Origin: a plasmid
Direction: 5' to 3' (one strand)
Sequence record: NZ_CP148139.1
DNA length: 64,000 bases
Below, piece after piece: positions 40,252 to 51,534 of this stretch; within the stretch, counting starts at the first letter, position 1, and the number at the start of each line of letters is the position of its first letter. The position numbers were made by a program, and so were the translations under genes. The notes under the pieces were generated by a model. That model was not told where the DNA came from, made no database searches, and worked only from the letters and a program-made list of their open reading frames with translations.

Positions 40252-41497
40252 AATCTATTGATCTGGCAGGGTCAATTTCAATTACAGGGAACAGGTCTTG
40301 TGCCATATCCATGTAAAAGTCAGCTAACCGATTGAGTGCGCTGCCTACGCCTTTCATTGCTGCACCTTGTACCTTATTGCTGTTAATTTGTTGATAAGGT
40401 GACTGTGTTGGTCCTATTCCGTCCTGTGTTAACGTGATAGACGGAATTTGCTGAACACTGAACATTTCCGAGCCAGCTTGAAGAAATCCTGCAATAAGCG
40501 CTTTCGCAAGATATTGCCCCTGTTTTGTTACTAAGCGCCCACGAATACCGATTTTCCCATCCTCTCCGACGGCATACGAATCAAAGGTTGCTTCAATAAC
40601 TGCCCCATCTTCTCTGATGCAGGAGATCGTGTTACTGCGTAAGTAGGCACGTTCTGATGATAGCTCGCCATAGCCACTGCTAATAATTGCACAATCACGA
40701 ATATCCGCAGTGTAGTTATTAGGTAAAATGGCTTCTCTTTTCACTCGCACTAACATTGGATAAGGGTGTTCTCTTGCCGCTTTTGCTGTGGGTGCATCCA
40801 TCCCTGACAAAGCAACTGTGGAAATAATAGAGCCAGCCGGTAAGTACGTTCCTTCCAGCTCAGGGCTCACATTTGCATCCGTTTCGGATTTTGATAATGT
40901 ATTATTCGCTTTGGATTCTGAGTCGTGATTATTTGTACCATCATAGGTCGTCAGCTCAGGGTATTCTTCATCTGATCCGGACGTATTTGCTTCCTGTGTT
41001 GTGTTCGGACTGTACGGTATATCATTTTCATAAACATCATTCAGATTACGACCACCTCCCACCTGATTTGATGATCTGCCGGTATTGGAGAAACTATTCG
41101 TATAATCCGGTGTGTTCATCTTCTCTTTTACTTGCTTATCAAGCTGTTCTTTTAGCTCAGTAGCAAGATCATTTTTTTGATTCTCTAATATTTTTTGTTG
41201 AGCATACAGTTGTGTAACTTCCTTTTTATACGATTCTTGTACTGATAACAGGCTATCAATTCTGTCATCAATTCGTCGCAAATCAGCGGCGATTGATTCT
41301 TGGCTAACGCCCTGCGTGTCAGCATTAGTGAGTAAATTTGTCACTGGTTTATTATTCACAGCCGATACAGCAGTTGGATAATCAGGTTCACTGGTTAAAA
41401 AATACAAAGCAGTTACCAGTAATAATCCTCCCCCACCCCATAAGACTATTTTTTTCTTTTTGGGGCTCAGGTTTTCGTATTGGTCTTTGATAGACAT
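40205..41497 (-). CDS. traB: TraB (VirB10-like)
   Basis: N-terminal TM helix, a coiled-coil region, and a C-terminal beta domain. Synteny. Confidence 0.6.
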   Translation of the reverse strand: MSIKDQYENLSPKKKKIVLWGGGGLLLVTALYFLTSEPDYPTAVSAVNNKPVTNLLTNADTQGVSQESIAADLRRIDDRIDSLLSVQESYKKEVTQLYAQQKILENQKNDLATELKEQLDKQVKEKMNTPDYTNSFSNTGRSSNQVGGGRNLNDVYENDIPYSPNTTQEANTSGSDEEYPELTTYDGTNNHDSESKANNTLSKSETDANVSPELEGTYLPAGSIISTVALSGMDAPTAKAAREHPYPMLVRVKREAILPNNYTADIRDCAIISSGYGELSSERAYLRSNTISCIREDGAVIEATFDSYAVGEDGKIGIRGRLVTKQGQYLAKALIAGFLQAGSEMFSVQQIPSITLTQDGIGPTQSPYQQINSNKVQGAAMKGVGSALNRLADFYMDMAQDLFPVIEIDPARSIDFVVTKGVQLQFRQTN

Positions 41498-41500
41498 GCA

Positions 41501-42502
41501 TTACTCCGCTAAACGAGGGCGAGAATTTTCAGAACGTGTTTCCTCTGCCGTATTAGATTTACGAATTACAAAATAAGCCTCAGTAGATTGCTGTGGTTCT
41601 AACGTGTTATTACTCCAAAGTGCTCTTGCCGCTAATCTTGGGTGCGTACACAGTGACTCATCAACAGTGACAGTTGTGTTACCAACGTTTTTCGCTACAC
41701 CAATTATTACGCCGAAATTACTGCCGGACAGATACTGCCCTTCGCTGAAGGTGTATTTGATATTATCTTGTGGGCTATTTGTTCTGAACGCGCAATTAGG
41801 TATAGAAATGCCAGCATTATTGATCCCCATAATTTCATAGCCAGCGGGTACATCACCTAATGCAACACTCCTGAGTAATTTAGTAATGGTACGAGTGTAT
41901 GAGTCACTTTTTTCCCATTTATCCGCCACGTCCTTATTACCCGAGGCTGTGGGGGTGTAATACTTACCGCTGTTATATACAGCCATGTTTCCATCATCTT
42001 TTTCTAAAAGAAGGGTTGCTTCAACAGGTGGTCTTTTTTGTGGGTGAAGGGATAATGAGATTGCTTTACTTTCATCACCTTTATTCGTGATGTACATAGC
42101 AACAGGGTTATCTTTGAATGCAGTAAAGTAAATTACATTACCCTCCTGTCTTATTTTTATTTCATTCTTTTTTATCGTTTGAACAACCGGTTCTGAAAAC
42201 GGTGTAACAATTCTGTTAGGTTGTCCTAACGAGACTGGAATTAACGTGTTTTCACCTGAACGAATTGTGTATGTCATACGGGAATTAGTTTTAGCTTTTG
42301 ATGAAATGACAGACGATGGCACCGGTTGAATATTTAGGTCGTCTGAAGCAATCTCTTTAATCGAGCTGGATTGATTCTCAGCACCGCCTGAAGGTTGTTG
42401 ATCCTGACCATAGACAGAAATGGTTTTCGCTGAAGCGAATGAGCTCAAAGCTAGTGAAAGAAGCAAAACCTTACAATTGAACTTCGCCTGATAATTAATC
42501 AT
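41501..42502 (-). CDS. traK: TraK (VirB9-like)
   Basis: Signal peptide, 333 aa, and synteny. Confidence 0.55.
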   Translation of the reverse strand: MINYQAKFNCKVLLLSLALSSFASAKTISVYGQDQQPSGGAENQSSSIKEIASDDLNIQPVPSSVISSKAKTNSRMTYTIRSGENTLIPVSLGQPNRIVTPFSEPVVQTIKKNEIKIRQEGNVIYFTAFKDNPVAMYITNKGDESKAISLSLHPQKRPPVEATLLLEKDDGNMAVYNSGKYYTPTASGNKDVADKWEKSDSYTRTITKLLRSVALGDVPAGYEIMGINNAGISIPNCAFRTNSPQDNIKYTFSEGQYLSGSNFGVIIGVAKNVGNTTVTVDESLCTHPRLAARALWSNNTLEPQQSTEAYFVIRKSNTAEETRSENSRPRLAE

Positions 42503-43148
42503 TTATTCTACTTCCTTCGATAATTTCTTTAGACTGTGAATCATCTGGTAACACACCGCCGTTTGCTTCCTGCTCATAAGTCGGCAAATATGCATCCCCA
42601 TTCTTTAATTGAATATCTTCGATAACGGGCTTATAGCCACGAATATAAACTGTGACAATGTAATGAACTGTCTTAGTCGTAGTTCTCCCTGTCACACTTT
42701 TAACTTCTTGTGAACCCTCGACAAAGTAGACGCCCTTCGCTTTCGGGTCTGTTGAAATGCGAGTTGGTGTAAATGACAGTGATACACGGTCACGATTTAT
42801 CTGACTGATTGCATCATCAATACTTAGCATGATCCGTTGGTAGCTATTGGGAGAAAGAAACGGCGCTAATGAGGATTTAACGAAATTTACTGATGAGGGA
42901 TTAGTGTTGCCAAGTAACGTTGCGATATAACTCGCCCACGATTGCATATATGCCGTAGAACCTTCATTTTCATCAATCCAGCCAGTTGTTTGTAAGTTAG
43001 GCGGAACAATAATGATCTTTTCATTCTTTCCGTACAGAAGGAACAGTAACCCAATCGCAATGAAGCCAGTGCATAAATTAGATAGTGATAGGACTTTTGA
43101 TGTTTCCTGTAATCTGGAAACTGTTTTTGTCATTTTGAAAAATTTCAT
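42495..43148 (-). CDS. traE: TraE (VirB5/8-like bitopic protein)
   Basis: A single N-terminal TM helix, 217 aa, and synteny. Confidence 0.55.
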   Translation of the reverse strand: MKFFKMTKTVSRLQETSKVLSLSNLCTGFIAIGLLFLLYGKNEKIIIVPPNLQTTGWIDENEGSTAYMQSWASYIATLLGNTNPSSVNFVKSSLAPFLSPNSYQRIMLSIDDAISQINRDRVSLSFTPTRISTDPKAKGVYFVEGSQEVKSVTGRTTTKTVHYIVTVYIRGYKPVIEDIQLKNGDAYLPTYEQEANGGVLPDDSQSKEIIEGSRIND

Positions 43149-43453
43149 CAGTAGAATTCTCTGTCAAATGAATCAGGAATAAATGTAATTTTGTTGTCAC
43201 CGATGCCAAATCGCCAGTAGACCAAATGGGCTAAATATTTATCAGATGCTTTATCAAGAAAACGTCCATATATCTTGCTAAGAACAACGCCAACCGCGAT
43301 CATGGTTAATAATTTTCCAGTAAAAACTCCAATACCGATCATGACCATGAATGGAAATAGCTCGTCAACGGTCCAGAAAAATAGCTTAGGTGGATCATCA
43401 ACACTGTGAGATATATTTACTACCTTACTCATTTTAAATACCTTATATATCAA
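43148..43453 (-). CDS. traL: TraL
   Basis: 101 aa, hydrophobic core 'LFPFMVMIGIGVFTGKLL', and synteny. Confidence 0.55.
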   Translation of the reverse strand: MIYKVFKMSKVVNISHSVDDPPKLFFWTVDELFPFMVMIGIGVFTGKLLTMIAVGVVLSKIYGRFLDKASDKYLAHLVYWRFGIGDNKITFIPDSFDREFY

Positions 43454-44245
43454 CTAATTGACTTGTGTTAACTGTCCCATTACTGCTTTGATTTCGTTTA
43501 ATGGAACTGCGCCTTGTAACGGAACCGCTTTTTCTTGATATGAAACGATAGTGCTTGGAGTTCGGTCAAAGTTAAGACCAATGGCTTCTTGTGTATCGAA
43601 TAAAATTTTCGCGTTGCTGCTATTGCTGTTTACGCAGCTCTGAAACACTGTCTCATCGAGACTATAACTACTTGCTAATTGAGCAATAGGCGTGCTAAAT
43701 CCGCCACTTCGTTGAGAATCGAAAATGAATTTCGCAACTTCAAAAAAACCATAATTACCCTTTTGCGCATATGCACACTCTGTCAACGTTGATAGATACA
43801 GCGAGCGTTGACCATGACCAAGTGTGTGTTTGAACACAAGAGCTACGTTACCGCCGGATGAATCAACGAAATCGAGTAATTCAGGAAACTCCTGACCGCA
43901 ATACGGACACTCAAAATCAGAATAGTGAATCAATAAAAATGGTGCATTTATGTTCCCGTAAACGCGATCATTCGTTGGTGACGGTTGTTCGAGTGTACTT
44001 TTATTGCTCTCTGAGATTTGTTCAGGTGTTTTTAGAGTTGTTGGTTTATAACCAGTTGCAGCGATATACGTGCTAAAAAAGTTCGCCAAATCATCATCAT
44101 TGGCTATTTTAGGTATTTCAATACTGTCAACTGCTATCTGAATTTCATTCATATCAGCATTTAAAAAGTATGTTTTCGTACCCGTAAAAGCAGTTAATGC
44201 TGCAAGAGCAACAACACTGACGTGTGTAAAAGTTATTTTTTTCAT
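43454..44245 (-). CDS. periplasmic thioredoxin-fold protein (TrbB/DsbC-like)
   Basis: Signal peptide and a CxxC motif 'FECPYCGQEF'. Confidence 0.55.
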   Translation of the reverse strand: MKKITFTHVSVVALAALTAFTGTKTYFLNADMNEIQIAVDSIEIPKIANDDDLANFFSTYIAATGYKPTTLKTPEQISESNKSTLEQPSPTNDRVYGNINAPFLLIHYSDFECPYCGQEFPELLDFVDSSGGNVALVFKHTLGHGQRSLYLSTLTECAYAQKGNYGFFEVAKFIFDSQRSGGFSTPIAQLASSYSLDETVFQSCVNSNSSNAKILFDTQEAIGLNFDRTPSTIVSYQEKAVPLQGAVPLNEIKAVMGQLTQVN

Positions 44246-44544
44246 TTCTTCTGACCAAGTTCTATTAAATCGCTACGAGAAATCATTTTCCTTTGTGGCA
44301 TTTGATTAGTCGCTTCGAGTTCATCTTTAGTGAGCTCAAATAACTTCAATACAAGTTCGCTTTCATCTTCAAGATAGACAGAGCTCAATGTGACTTTTGA
44401 AATATCGCTATTAAATGTTCTAAGCGTGTTAGACAAATGAAAATTGACAGCCAACGTAATGATATTGAAAACAAAAATACTCGCTAAAACTGACGTAATT
44501 AAATGACTGGATTTATTAAGCATAGGACCCCCCGACAGAGGCAT
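44242..44544 (-). CDS. small membrane protein (100 aa)
   Basis: One TM helix. Overlaps the next gene by 4 nt. Confidence 0.35.
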   Translation of the reverse strand: MPLSGGPMLNKSSHLITSVLASIFVFNIITLAVNFHLSNTLRTFNSDISKVTLSSVYLEDESELVLKLFELTKDELEATNQMPQRKMISRSDLIELGQKK

Positions 44545-44605
44545 AATGTACCAATCTATCGGGGTTTTTTTTGGCAGAAGGGTATTAAAACAATGATGAT
44601 TGTTT

Positions 44606-45265
44606 TTAGATTTGCTTAGGGAGATTACTGATCATTAAAATAATGGAAGTCGGTATAACAAATAATGTCATGACTGCATTTATAACTGGTGGTACGGGCA
44701 GTGGTATCAAAATTGATACTGCAACCAAGAAAACAGTCAACCCTATGAGCTTCATACTACGTCTGTTTAAAAAGGGTGATACATATGAGAAGTCGTATTG
44801 CTTCCGCTTCCATCTGCAAACACCGGCAATGAGTGAGGGTACTAAAATGATACAAAAGAACGGCAACCAAAATGATAAAAGAGCCATACGATATACAATC
44901 ATATAGTTATGGTAATTTATCATTTTCGCTAAGTTAATGAAAAATGGATAGAAAATCCCACTTATATTGTTAAACGTTTGCTCCAGCGGATCAGCTGACA
45001 CTGGCAATGGTGCATAGTAATTTGTTAACGCAAAGTTGATACCGGTTTGAACAAAAAAGTCATTATATAACTCATTGGCAAATGGGAGAATCTGGCTATG
45101 AAAACCACTTTTACCAGTAATCAATTCGCCCATTTTTAACTCGCTAACCATGTTTGATTTATACCATTCAGCAGGGATAAACAATGACATGATAATGAGT
45201 AAAACTGTTACCGTAAGTAACAGTTTTTTAATTGAGCTACCGTTAGATTGTGTATCGGCTGACAT
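44606..45265 (-). CDS. polytopic inner-membrane protein (TraJ/TrhY-position)
   Basis: At least four hydrophobic helices. Lies between traD and traL, where SXT carries traJ. Confidence 0.4.
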   Translation of the reverse strand: MSADTQSNGSSIKKLLLTVTVLLIIMSLFIPAEWYKSNMVSELKMGELITGKSGFHSQILPFANELYNDFFVQTGINFALTNYYAPLPVSADPLEQTFNNISGIFYPFFINLAKMINYHNYMIVYRMALLSFWLPFFCIILVPSLIAGVCRWKRKQYDFSYVSPFLNRRSMKLIGLTVFLVAVSILIPLPVPPVINAVMTLFVIPTSIILMISNLPKQI

Positions 45266-45276
45266 TAATAACCTCT

Positions 45277-45627
45277 TTAGAAACTGGAAATAACGCTATT
45301 ATCTAACCTTTCAGGGAATTTATACTTGTGATATTCATCTAAAGGCGAAGTGTTATTTAACTTTGAAAGAAAAATTATGGATTTTGAAATGACTATTGCT
45401 AGATTGTCCCAATCTGAAATCTTCAAATCAGTTTTTTTTCTTTGATAATATTTCTCAATTTGTTCGTTGAAGTAGTCACAGAAAATGGTTTCAAATTCAG
45501 TGTCCTTCATAGATAGAAGCATCAATATGATCTGACGGCTACAAATATTCCACTGGAGAAGAAAACGACCAAAATATATGTCGCTTGCATTGGATCTAAA
45601 CTCATACTCTGGGACAATATTATCCAT
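45277..45627 (-). CDS. hypothetical protein (116 aa), s043-position
   Basis: ORF whose start abuts the traD stop. Confidence 0.35.
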   Translation of the reverse strand: MDNIVPEYEFRSNASDIYFGRFLLQWNICSRQIILMLLSMKDTEFETIFCDYFNEQIEKYYQRKKTDLKISDWDNLAIVISKSIIFLSKLNNTSPLDEYHKYKFPERLDNSVISSF

Positions 45628-47541
45628 TTAACGTGCCTTATTAAATTCTTTGATTAGCATCTTTAACTTTAATACTTCTTTTTCGCTGGTTGGTAATTGT
45701 ACAATTGGAATTTGACCTTTACATATATTCCCCGCTTTTAAAATAGCGCAAAACTCTAGATTTGGGAGGTTTCCTAATAGTTGTGGAGGAAATAACTCAC
45801 TCTCAACCTCCATCAATCGCTCACCAATACTTCCGGTGATTTTTTCTGGATCTTCCCCCGAACTCGTACCATGCCCTCTTTGGATGTACTTGAAATTTGT
45901 AGTTGGTATTCTTTCTATTAAATCTTTTTGACCTTGAATATTGATAGTCCGTAATGCAATGTTATGGTTCGCATTTATACTAACTTGTTCTTTTTTCGCT
46001 TCAGAGCCAAGGGTAGCAACGTAGTCAGTGGTAGACTGTGAGGCAATGAATAACTTAAACCCTGCCCCTCTCCCTTTATTTTGAAGCCGAATAACCTGAT
46101 CGTTGATAACTTCAGCAGCTTCATCAATAAGAATATTTGTATCGCGTTTCTTTTCACCGCGCGGTTTTGCATAGTTATAAATATCAGCCGCAACAGCAGT
46201 GATATCGCTTAGAAATATTGAGCCAACAGCGTTTCCTTTATCACCATCAGCAAGAGAATTAAGCCCTAAATACATCATCCCGTTTGTATTGATGATATCT
46301 TTCATATTAGTAATGACTCTTTCATCATCAATATTCTCACTGGACGGTGACAATACTTCATCTAACCCATCACTAGTTAACATGCTTAATACAGGTAGTG
46401 CCGTTAATATCATCTTTTGGAAATGTTCACGATTATGCTGAAATAGGTCAATTCCACTTTTAATGAATGTATATTCCTTAATTTTTGCAATATCATTCAG
46501 ATAGATAGTGATTCTTATTCCGGCATGGTTCTCGATAGTTCCTGTCGTTCTAGTCATTGATTGATGTTCTAGTCTACGATCAAGAAGTGAGTCGTATACA
46601 TCAGGAAATAGCTCATATCCTAATTTGTCGATTGCTTTAACAAGTAATTCAGCAAAATTACCCAAATTAGTACCAAGCTGTGCTTTTATATTTACAAGAG
46701 TAGGCTTTACGTTTGCGAAATTCATCAACTGCACAATAGTTGTCAACGTCATTGTCGCAAATGAAATAAATGGATCAGTTGTGTTATCAGCCTTCTGGAT
46801 AACGGAAATAATACGGCTGGCTACTTCAGTTGAGTTGGAATAATTTGATATTGGTGAAATCCGGTTGGATTTATCCAAGTGTGCAATGGAAAGATAATAA
46901 AAATCATCTTCTCGTTCCATTAGTTTCATGCACTTGTACATATAATCAGCAAGTTCCTCATCATTTTTAGGGTCAATTAGAATAAGAGGTTGCCGTTTTA
47001 AAGCAGCTTGCAGAATAAGTAATTTGTAAAGAGTCGTTTTACCGGAACCCGTAGTACCAGTTAATGACGTATGTAGCGTCATTAAGTCGTCAGGTACGCT
47101 GATCCACTCATTTGAATTCCCTAATTTATGAATCCAACCGTGCCCCATGCTTTCATGATCATTAGGTAAAAACCTGTCAGCAACACCACTTTTTAAAATT
47201 TCATATGCCCGTTGTCCATGCTCATGCCGCCATGTAAAGCCTTTACCTATCAATGTCGTGTCGCGATTGTTCATCATTTCTTTGACAACATCATAGGCTG
47301 AAGTAAACGTAGGAGCCGGTCTGGTTTTTAGGTTTTTATGCAAGACTGCAATTTTAATTGCATTTGGTAATGATTTCATAGCGAAAATGCTTTGTATCGC
47401 AGCAGCAGATAGCGTAGCAGTTAGAGGCATTGATAGATATGTACCAACACCGACCGTAGCTAATACACCGGTTCCCCAACCACAAACTTCATACATCTCG
47501 TAGTTAGTACGAAATGGCATTAAATGTTTCCAATCACTCAT
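45628..47541 (-). CDS. traD: type IV coupling protein TraD (VirD4 family)
   Basis: N-terminal TM helices, Walker A 'TGTTGSGKTT', and Walker B 'ILIDEAA'. Confidence 0.85.
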   Translation of the reverse strand: MSDWKHLMPFRTNYEMYEVCGWGTGVLATVGVGTYLSMPLTATLSAAAIQSIFAMKSLPNAIKIAVLHKNLKTRPAPTFTSAYDVVKEMMNNRDTTLIGKGFTWRHEHGQRAYEILKSGVADRFLPNDHESMGHGWIHKLGNSNEWISVPDDLMTLHTSLTGTTGSGKTTLYKLLILQAALKRQPLILIDPKNDEELADYMYKCMKLMEREDDFYYLSIAHLDKSNRISPISNYSNSTEVASRIISVIQKADNTTDPFISFATMTLTTIVQLMNFANVKPTLVNIKAQLGTNLGNFAELLVKAIDKLGYELFPDVYDSLLDRRLEHQSMTRTTGTIENHAGIRITIYLNDIAKIKEYTFIKSGIDLFQHNREHFQKMILTALPVLSMLTSDGLDEVLSPSSENIDDERVITNMKDIINTNGMMYLGLNSLADGDKGNAVGSIFLSDITAVAADIYNYAKPRGEKKRDTNILIDEAAEVINDQVIRLQNKGRGAGFKLFIASQSTTDYVATLGSEAKKEQVSINANHNIALRTINIQGQKDLIERIPTTNFKYIQRGHGTSSGEDPEKITGSIGERLMEVESELFPPQLLGNLPNLEFCAILKAGNICKGQIPIVQLPTSEKEVLKLKMLIKEFNKAR

Positions 47542-50048
47542 TGTTTTTCTCGCATAAATTGAAGTCCAAAATGGCTGTTGTAGCTTTCAAACCTAACAGC
47601 CATGATTTGTTTGAATGTCGTTTGAGACACCCCCAACTTAGCAGATATTTCAATAAGTTCTGTCCGACTCAACTCTATATATTGAATCGTTTTAAATTGG
47701 TTTTCTGAAATGTCGTTTTCATTGTGAATAGAAAATATGACATCTTCAATTAATGAAGTTGCTAAGTCAGGAATGACTGGATTTAACATTTGTTCAATTT
47801 CAGAAAATCCAGTGATGATAAATACATCAATGAGTAATTCTTTTTTCAAAACAAGATAGAAATTTGATCTTAAAAGCACCAGCGCTTCATCATCTTTAGA
47901 ACGCGATGCTTGAGGGCTTCTGGCTTTCCATGCCGAGGGTATTTCGAGTTTATCATCAACCAGTAAGTGATTTTGATTTATGTTACTAATTAACTGCTCT
48001 TTTGAAAGCCCTAATAGATATATTTCAAAAGCCTCTCGGATATGCAGATCGGCTGTAATATAGATATCGCTATGCATCCCCTTTTGAGTTGTAATCTCTA
48101 CGGAGTCTGTGTCATCAAGTTTCACGTCTGCAAACAATGATTTCTGCTCAGATAATTGAGTAGCTACTGGTATATCAGTCAGTGATTTCATTGGTAGTGC
48201 TACTGACGGTTTACTCATGGCAATAATCCGTTCTTTTAACCCTATGTTGTGTTTATGGGTTATCTCAGGAGCAGGATTGCCTACTGGCAGTGTACTACCA
48301 CCCTGTATCATGAGATCACATGCTGCTATAACCTGAACTTCAGGTACTTCAACGGCTTGTTCATTGCATACCGGCTCGATAATGGCTAGTTCTTCAAGTG
48401 TTTCCATTATGCTAGTTACATTATCAGATTCTGGATATGTATCATTTATTATTTTATCTACGATATCAATCGGTTGATGCTTATTATCTTTGTTTTCGAT
48501 AGTAGGTTCAGTTTTTTCGCCTGTGATTTCTACATTAGTTCCTGTTTTTGGTTCAAAACTAACCCAACTCGTTTCGTTTTTGACATAAACAGATGCATGT
48601 GTTGGTTTTATATTCTCGCCAAATAGTAATTCGTCTGAAGCTAGTTTCACGCAGTAAAAGAACGTGTCTGGATCTTTTATAAACGACGGAGATTTGAGTA
48701 ACTTTTTTGGGGCAATCTTCCAATAGAGTGAACCTCTTGGCGCTTCAATGATTACATCATGAGCTAATAGTATCTCACCTAAACTATCTGCTGATTGTGG
48801 GATAAAAATTCCAAGGTTTTTTATCTCTTTGCATAATTCTTCAGCGGCACTAGCCCAAATAATGTAGACCCCATCTGGCGTTGACCAAATCGGACTTGGA
48901 GGAACGTTTGGGGTCCAACGACCTGATGATATAAATTGGCGCATAGTATCAACCAGACGCTGAATTGTTGATACACCAGAACCGGCAGCGCGTATCGCAT
49001 CACCTGATGTCAATTTGAGGTCATTTGCAACAGAGGCTCGGTCTGCGAGTAACAGAATATTAAACAACTGATTGCCATTGATTGCTTTTTTATCCGCCTG
49101 TTCCATGTTATCGCTGTTAGAAATTGCCTCTATGACTTTGAAATATAGGTTTTTACTATTTTGTTGAAGTAGTTCTATCACTTTCGCAGGAACAATTTTA
49201 TCAATAAGCGAAGGTGCTATAATTCTATGATTATTATGTCTTTTCTTGTTCCACTGTAAAAAATACCTTTCTATGTCGTGTTCAACAGCCCAATGAAACA
49301 GGTTTTTTCCACTAGGTTTCCACTGATATACACCAGTCTGATCCCAAATTTCATAGTCAGACACTGGTTTACCAATGTCGTGCAGTAATGCAGTTACAGC
49401 CACTGCAAGACGCCATTTCAAAGCGTTAGCAGACCGTTCTTCAGGGGTTTCATTGCTATCAAAGTCCGTGGTCTTTGTGTGCTTAACTGCGATGTAACAG
49501 ACTTCTAAACTGTGACGTAAAAGCCCTCCTTGAGCTCTGTGGTGATGTGCTTCAGAAGCCGGTAGTAAGTGTATAAAATCAGCAGTATTACATAGTAGTG
49601 GCATGACCAATTCATCAAATAGCTCACCGATTTGCATTTCTCTTTTGATTTTTGTGATCATTTCCGCTTGGGTTTTAATCAGCAATTGTTTTCCGCTGAT
49701 TCTTGCAGGATATCCTTCAATTTTTGGCGGATATCCAATCGGCATTTTGAATGTTTCTATTTGAGATTTAATATCATCCGGAATTTCAATCTCACCTTTT
49801 TGAAGTATGGAATGCTGTGATTCCTGCATATCTGGCGATGTTGACACATCTACTGAGAAGGGATCTTTCCCTGATTTCAGTATGGATTTTAACCAGTTTA
49901 TAAACATTCGGTGAACCTGCTTCTCTAAATTTTTAAGATTATTTGATGCAACAATGTTACCTGTTTTTAAATTTGCAATTTCATAATTAGAACCGTTTTG
50001 CATTGTTATATCGGGAAAAACTGCACCTAAATAGTTCATACTCACCAC
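47538..50048 (-). CDS. traI: MobH-family relaxase TraI
   Basis: HD-hydrolase-type motifs 'HHHRAQGGLLRHSLEV' and 'LHDIGK'. 836 aa. Overlaps the traD start. Confidence 0.75.
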   Translation of the reverse strand: MVSMNYLGAVFPDITMQNGSNYEIANLKTGNIVASNNLKNLEKQVHRMFINWLKSILKSGKDPFSVDVSTSPDMQESQHSILQKGEIEIPDDIKSQIETFKMPIGYPPKIEGYPARISGKQLLIKTQAEMITKIKREMQIGELFDELVMPLLCNTADFIHLLPASEAHHHRAQGGLLRHSLEVCYIAVKHTKTTDFDSNETPEERSANALKWRLAVAVTALLHDIGKPVSDYEIWDQTGVYQWKPSGKNLFHWAVEHDIERYFLQWNKKRHNNHRIIAPSLIDKIVPAKVIELLQQNSKNLYFKVIEAISNSDNMEQADKKAINGNQLFNILLLADRASVANDLKLTSGDAIRAAGSGVSTIQRLVDTMRQFISSGRWTPNVPPSPIWSTPDGVYIIWASAAEELCKEIKNLGIFIPQSADSLGEILLAHDVIIEAPRGSLYWKIAPKKLLKSPSFIKDPDTFFYCVKLASDELLFGENIKPTHASVYVKNETSWVSFEPKTGTNVEITGEKTEPTIENKDNKHQPIDIVDKIINDTYPESDNVTSIMETLEELAIIEPVCNEQAVEVPEVQVIAACDLMIQGGSTLPVGNPAPEITHKHNIGLKERIIAMSKPSVALPMKSLTDIPVATQLSEQKSLFADVKLDDTDSVEITTQKGMHSDIYITADLHIREAFEIYLLGLSKEQLISNINQNHLLVDDKLEIPSAWKARSPQASRSKDDEALVLLRSNFYLVLKKELLIDVFIITGFSEIEQMLNPVIPDLATSLIEDVIFSIHNENDISENQFKTIQYIELSRTELIEISAKLGVSQTTFKQIMAVRFESYNSHFGLQFMREKQ

Positions 50049-50069
50049 GATCTTCAGTGAGGAACTTAG

Positions 50070-50711
50070 ATGAAAAAGTCATTTATATTTTGTTGTCTGC
50101 TTGCAACATCCTTATCAGGTTGTAGTAGCGCAGATAAGCCCATATTTGGGTGTGGAAATTATGTAAAAACATCCACGATTAGCATTGAATCGGGTTATGG
50201 CAGTACAGCGAATGACGTAATTGATAAGCAAATTGCTCGAAAAGCAGTAACGGCTACTTATCCTGCTGACTATACATATCGCGAAAATTGGAAAGATACG
50301 AATAGAGGTGGCGCATCATTGCGACAGCAAGGTTACAGGCACGTAATTGCATCACCATACGAGATCTACGACCAAGGTAAAAAACATATTCCTGTGGACC
50401 GTAGCTTTCATACAGACCTGTTAATAAGTAGTTTAGCTCGCAGTAGTTCATCGAACGTTTATACCAAACCTGAATTACCATCGTTCTGTGGTGAAAATTC
50501 ACGAAATTATTTTCTGAAGGAAACGCCTGAGAATAAAAAATCTCGGAATGAATATATTCGTATCAAAGAAAAATACTGTTCTGATCCAGAGTATAAATTA
50601 ACTAATGAAGAATTAGTTATTTTACAAAATGGAGAGCCTGACTCTCTCAAAAACTATCGAATGAAAATCTATATTGATAACCAAAACGAACCATCACCTG
50701 CAATAAAGTAG
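50070..50711 (+). CDS. putative lipoprotein (213 aa)
   Basis: Lipobox 'LSGCSS'. Divergent from traI across a 21-bp gap. Confidence 0.5.
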   Translation: MKKSFIFCCLLATSLSGCSSADKPIFGCGNYVKTSTISIESGYGSTANDVIDKQIARKAVTATYPADYTYRENWKDTNRGGASLRQQGYRHVIASPYEIYDQGKKHIPVDRSFHTDLLISSLARSSSSNVYTKPELPSFCGENSRNYFLKETPENKKSRNEYIRIKEKYCSDPEYKLTNEELVILQNGEPDSLKNYRMKIYIDNQNEPSPAIK

Positions 50712-50727
50712 AAAGGTATTTTTCATT

Positions 50728-51534
50728 ATGAATAAATTATCAACGTATCAAAAATCAGTGATTGCACTTTTAACTACAATAGTTGGCGTAGGAATAACCA
50801 GTACCTATTTAACCACAAGTGAGCTAAAGCAAACTAATATACTATTGGCTTCGTCAATTACTATTCAAAATGCTACAAAAACAGAAAGTGCTGGTGTAAA
50901 CCAGTCTTTAAGAAAAATTTTGTCACTGTCCGAAAATACTGAGCCGGTGCAACAGCCTGAAGCGCAACCTGAAGAACCAGATCTCAATCTTTCTCAGGTC
51001 CAGCTTGATTCCAACACACTAACTTATGGCAATGAAAATGCAAGATTTTCACTTGTAACATATATGGATTTCCAATGTCCATATTGCCAACGTTTCGCGT
51101 CTACTCCTAAAACATTAGTTGATAAAGCGAACGGTGGCTTAGTCAATTGGAAATGGAAAAACAGCCCTCTGCCATTCCACGAGCCGAATGCTACGGATTA
51201 TGCCGTGAAAATGCTCTGCGCTGGCGCTCAAAACACTGACAATCACTGGAAGATCATATCAATGTGGGGGAATCATGAAATTGATTTTGCTACCGCAGAT
51301 ATGGTCGGAATGTTTGAGTTAGACCCTGTTGCGTATAACACATGCCTTAAAACCGATTCTGTTAAGTTAATTTTAGATAAAGACAAGGCAGAAAGTCGTG
51401 CTCTTGGTGTTTCAGGCACTCCTACAACTGTAATAGTTGATAACAAAACTGGAGAAAAACGTGTGATCGAAGGTGCTGTGCCTATGGATATGTTTGTAAA
51501 CACCATCGAAGCCATGATGAAAAAATCACAATAA
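50728..51534 (+). CDS. DsbA-like thiol:disulfide oxidoreductase
   Basis: N-terminal TM or signal segment and the thioredoxin motif 'FQCPYCQRF'. Confidence 0.6.
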   Translation: MNKLSTYQKSVIALLTTIVGVGITSTYLTTSELKQTNILLASSITIQNATKTESAGVNQSLRKILSLSENTEPVQQPEAQPEEPDLNLSQVQLDSNTLTYGNENARFSLVTYMDFQCPYCQRFASTPKTLVDKANGGLVNWKWKNSPLPFHEPNATDYAVKMLCAGAQNTDNHWKIISMWGNHEIDFATADMVGMFELDPVAYNTCLKTDSVKLILDKDKAESRALGVSGTPTTVIVDNKTGEKRVIEGAVPMDMFVNTIEAMMKKSQ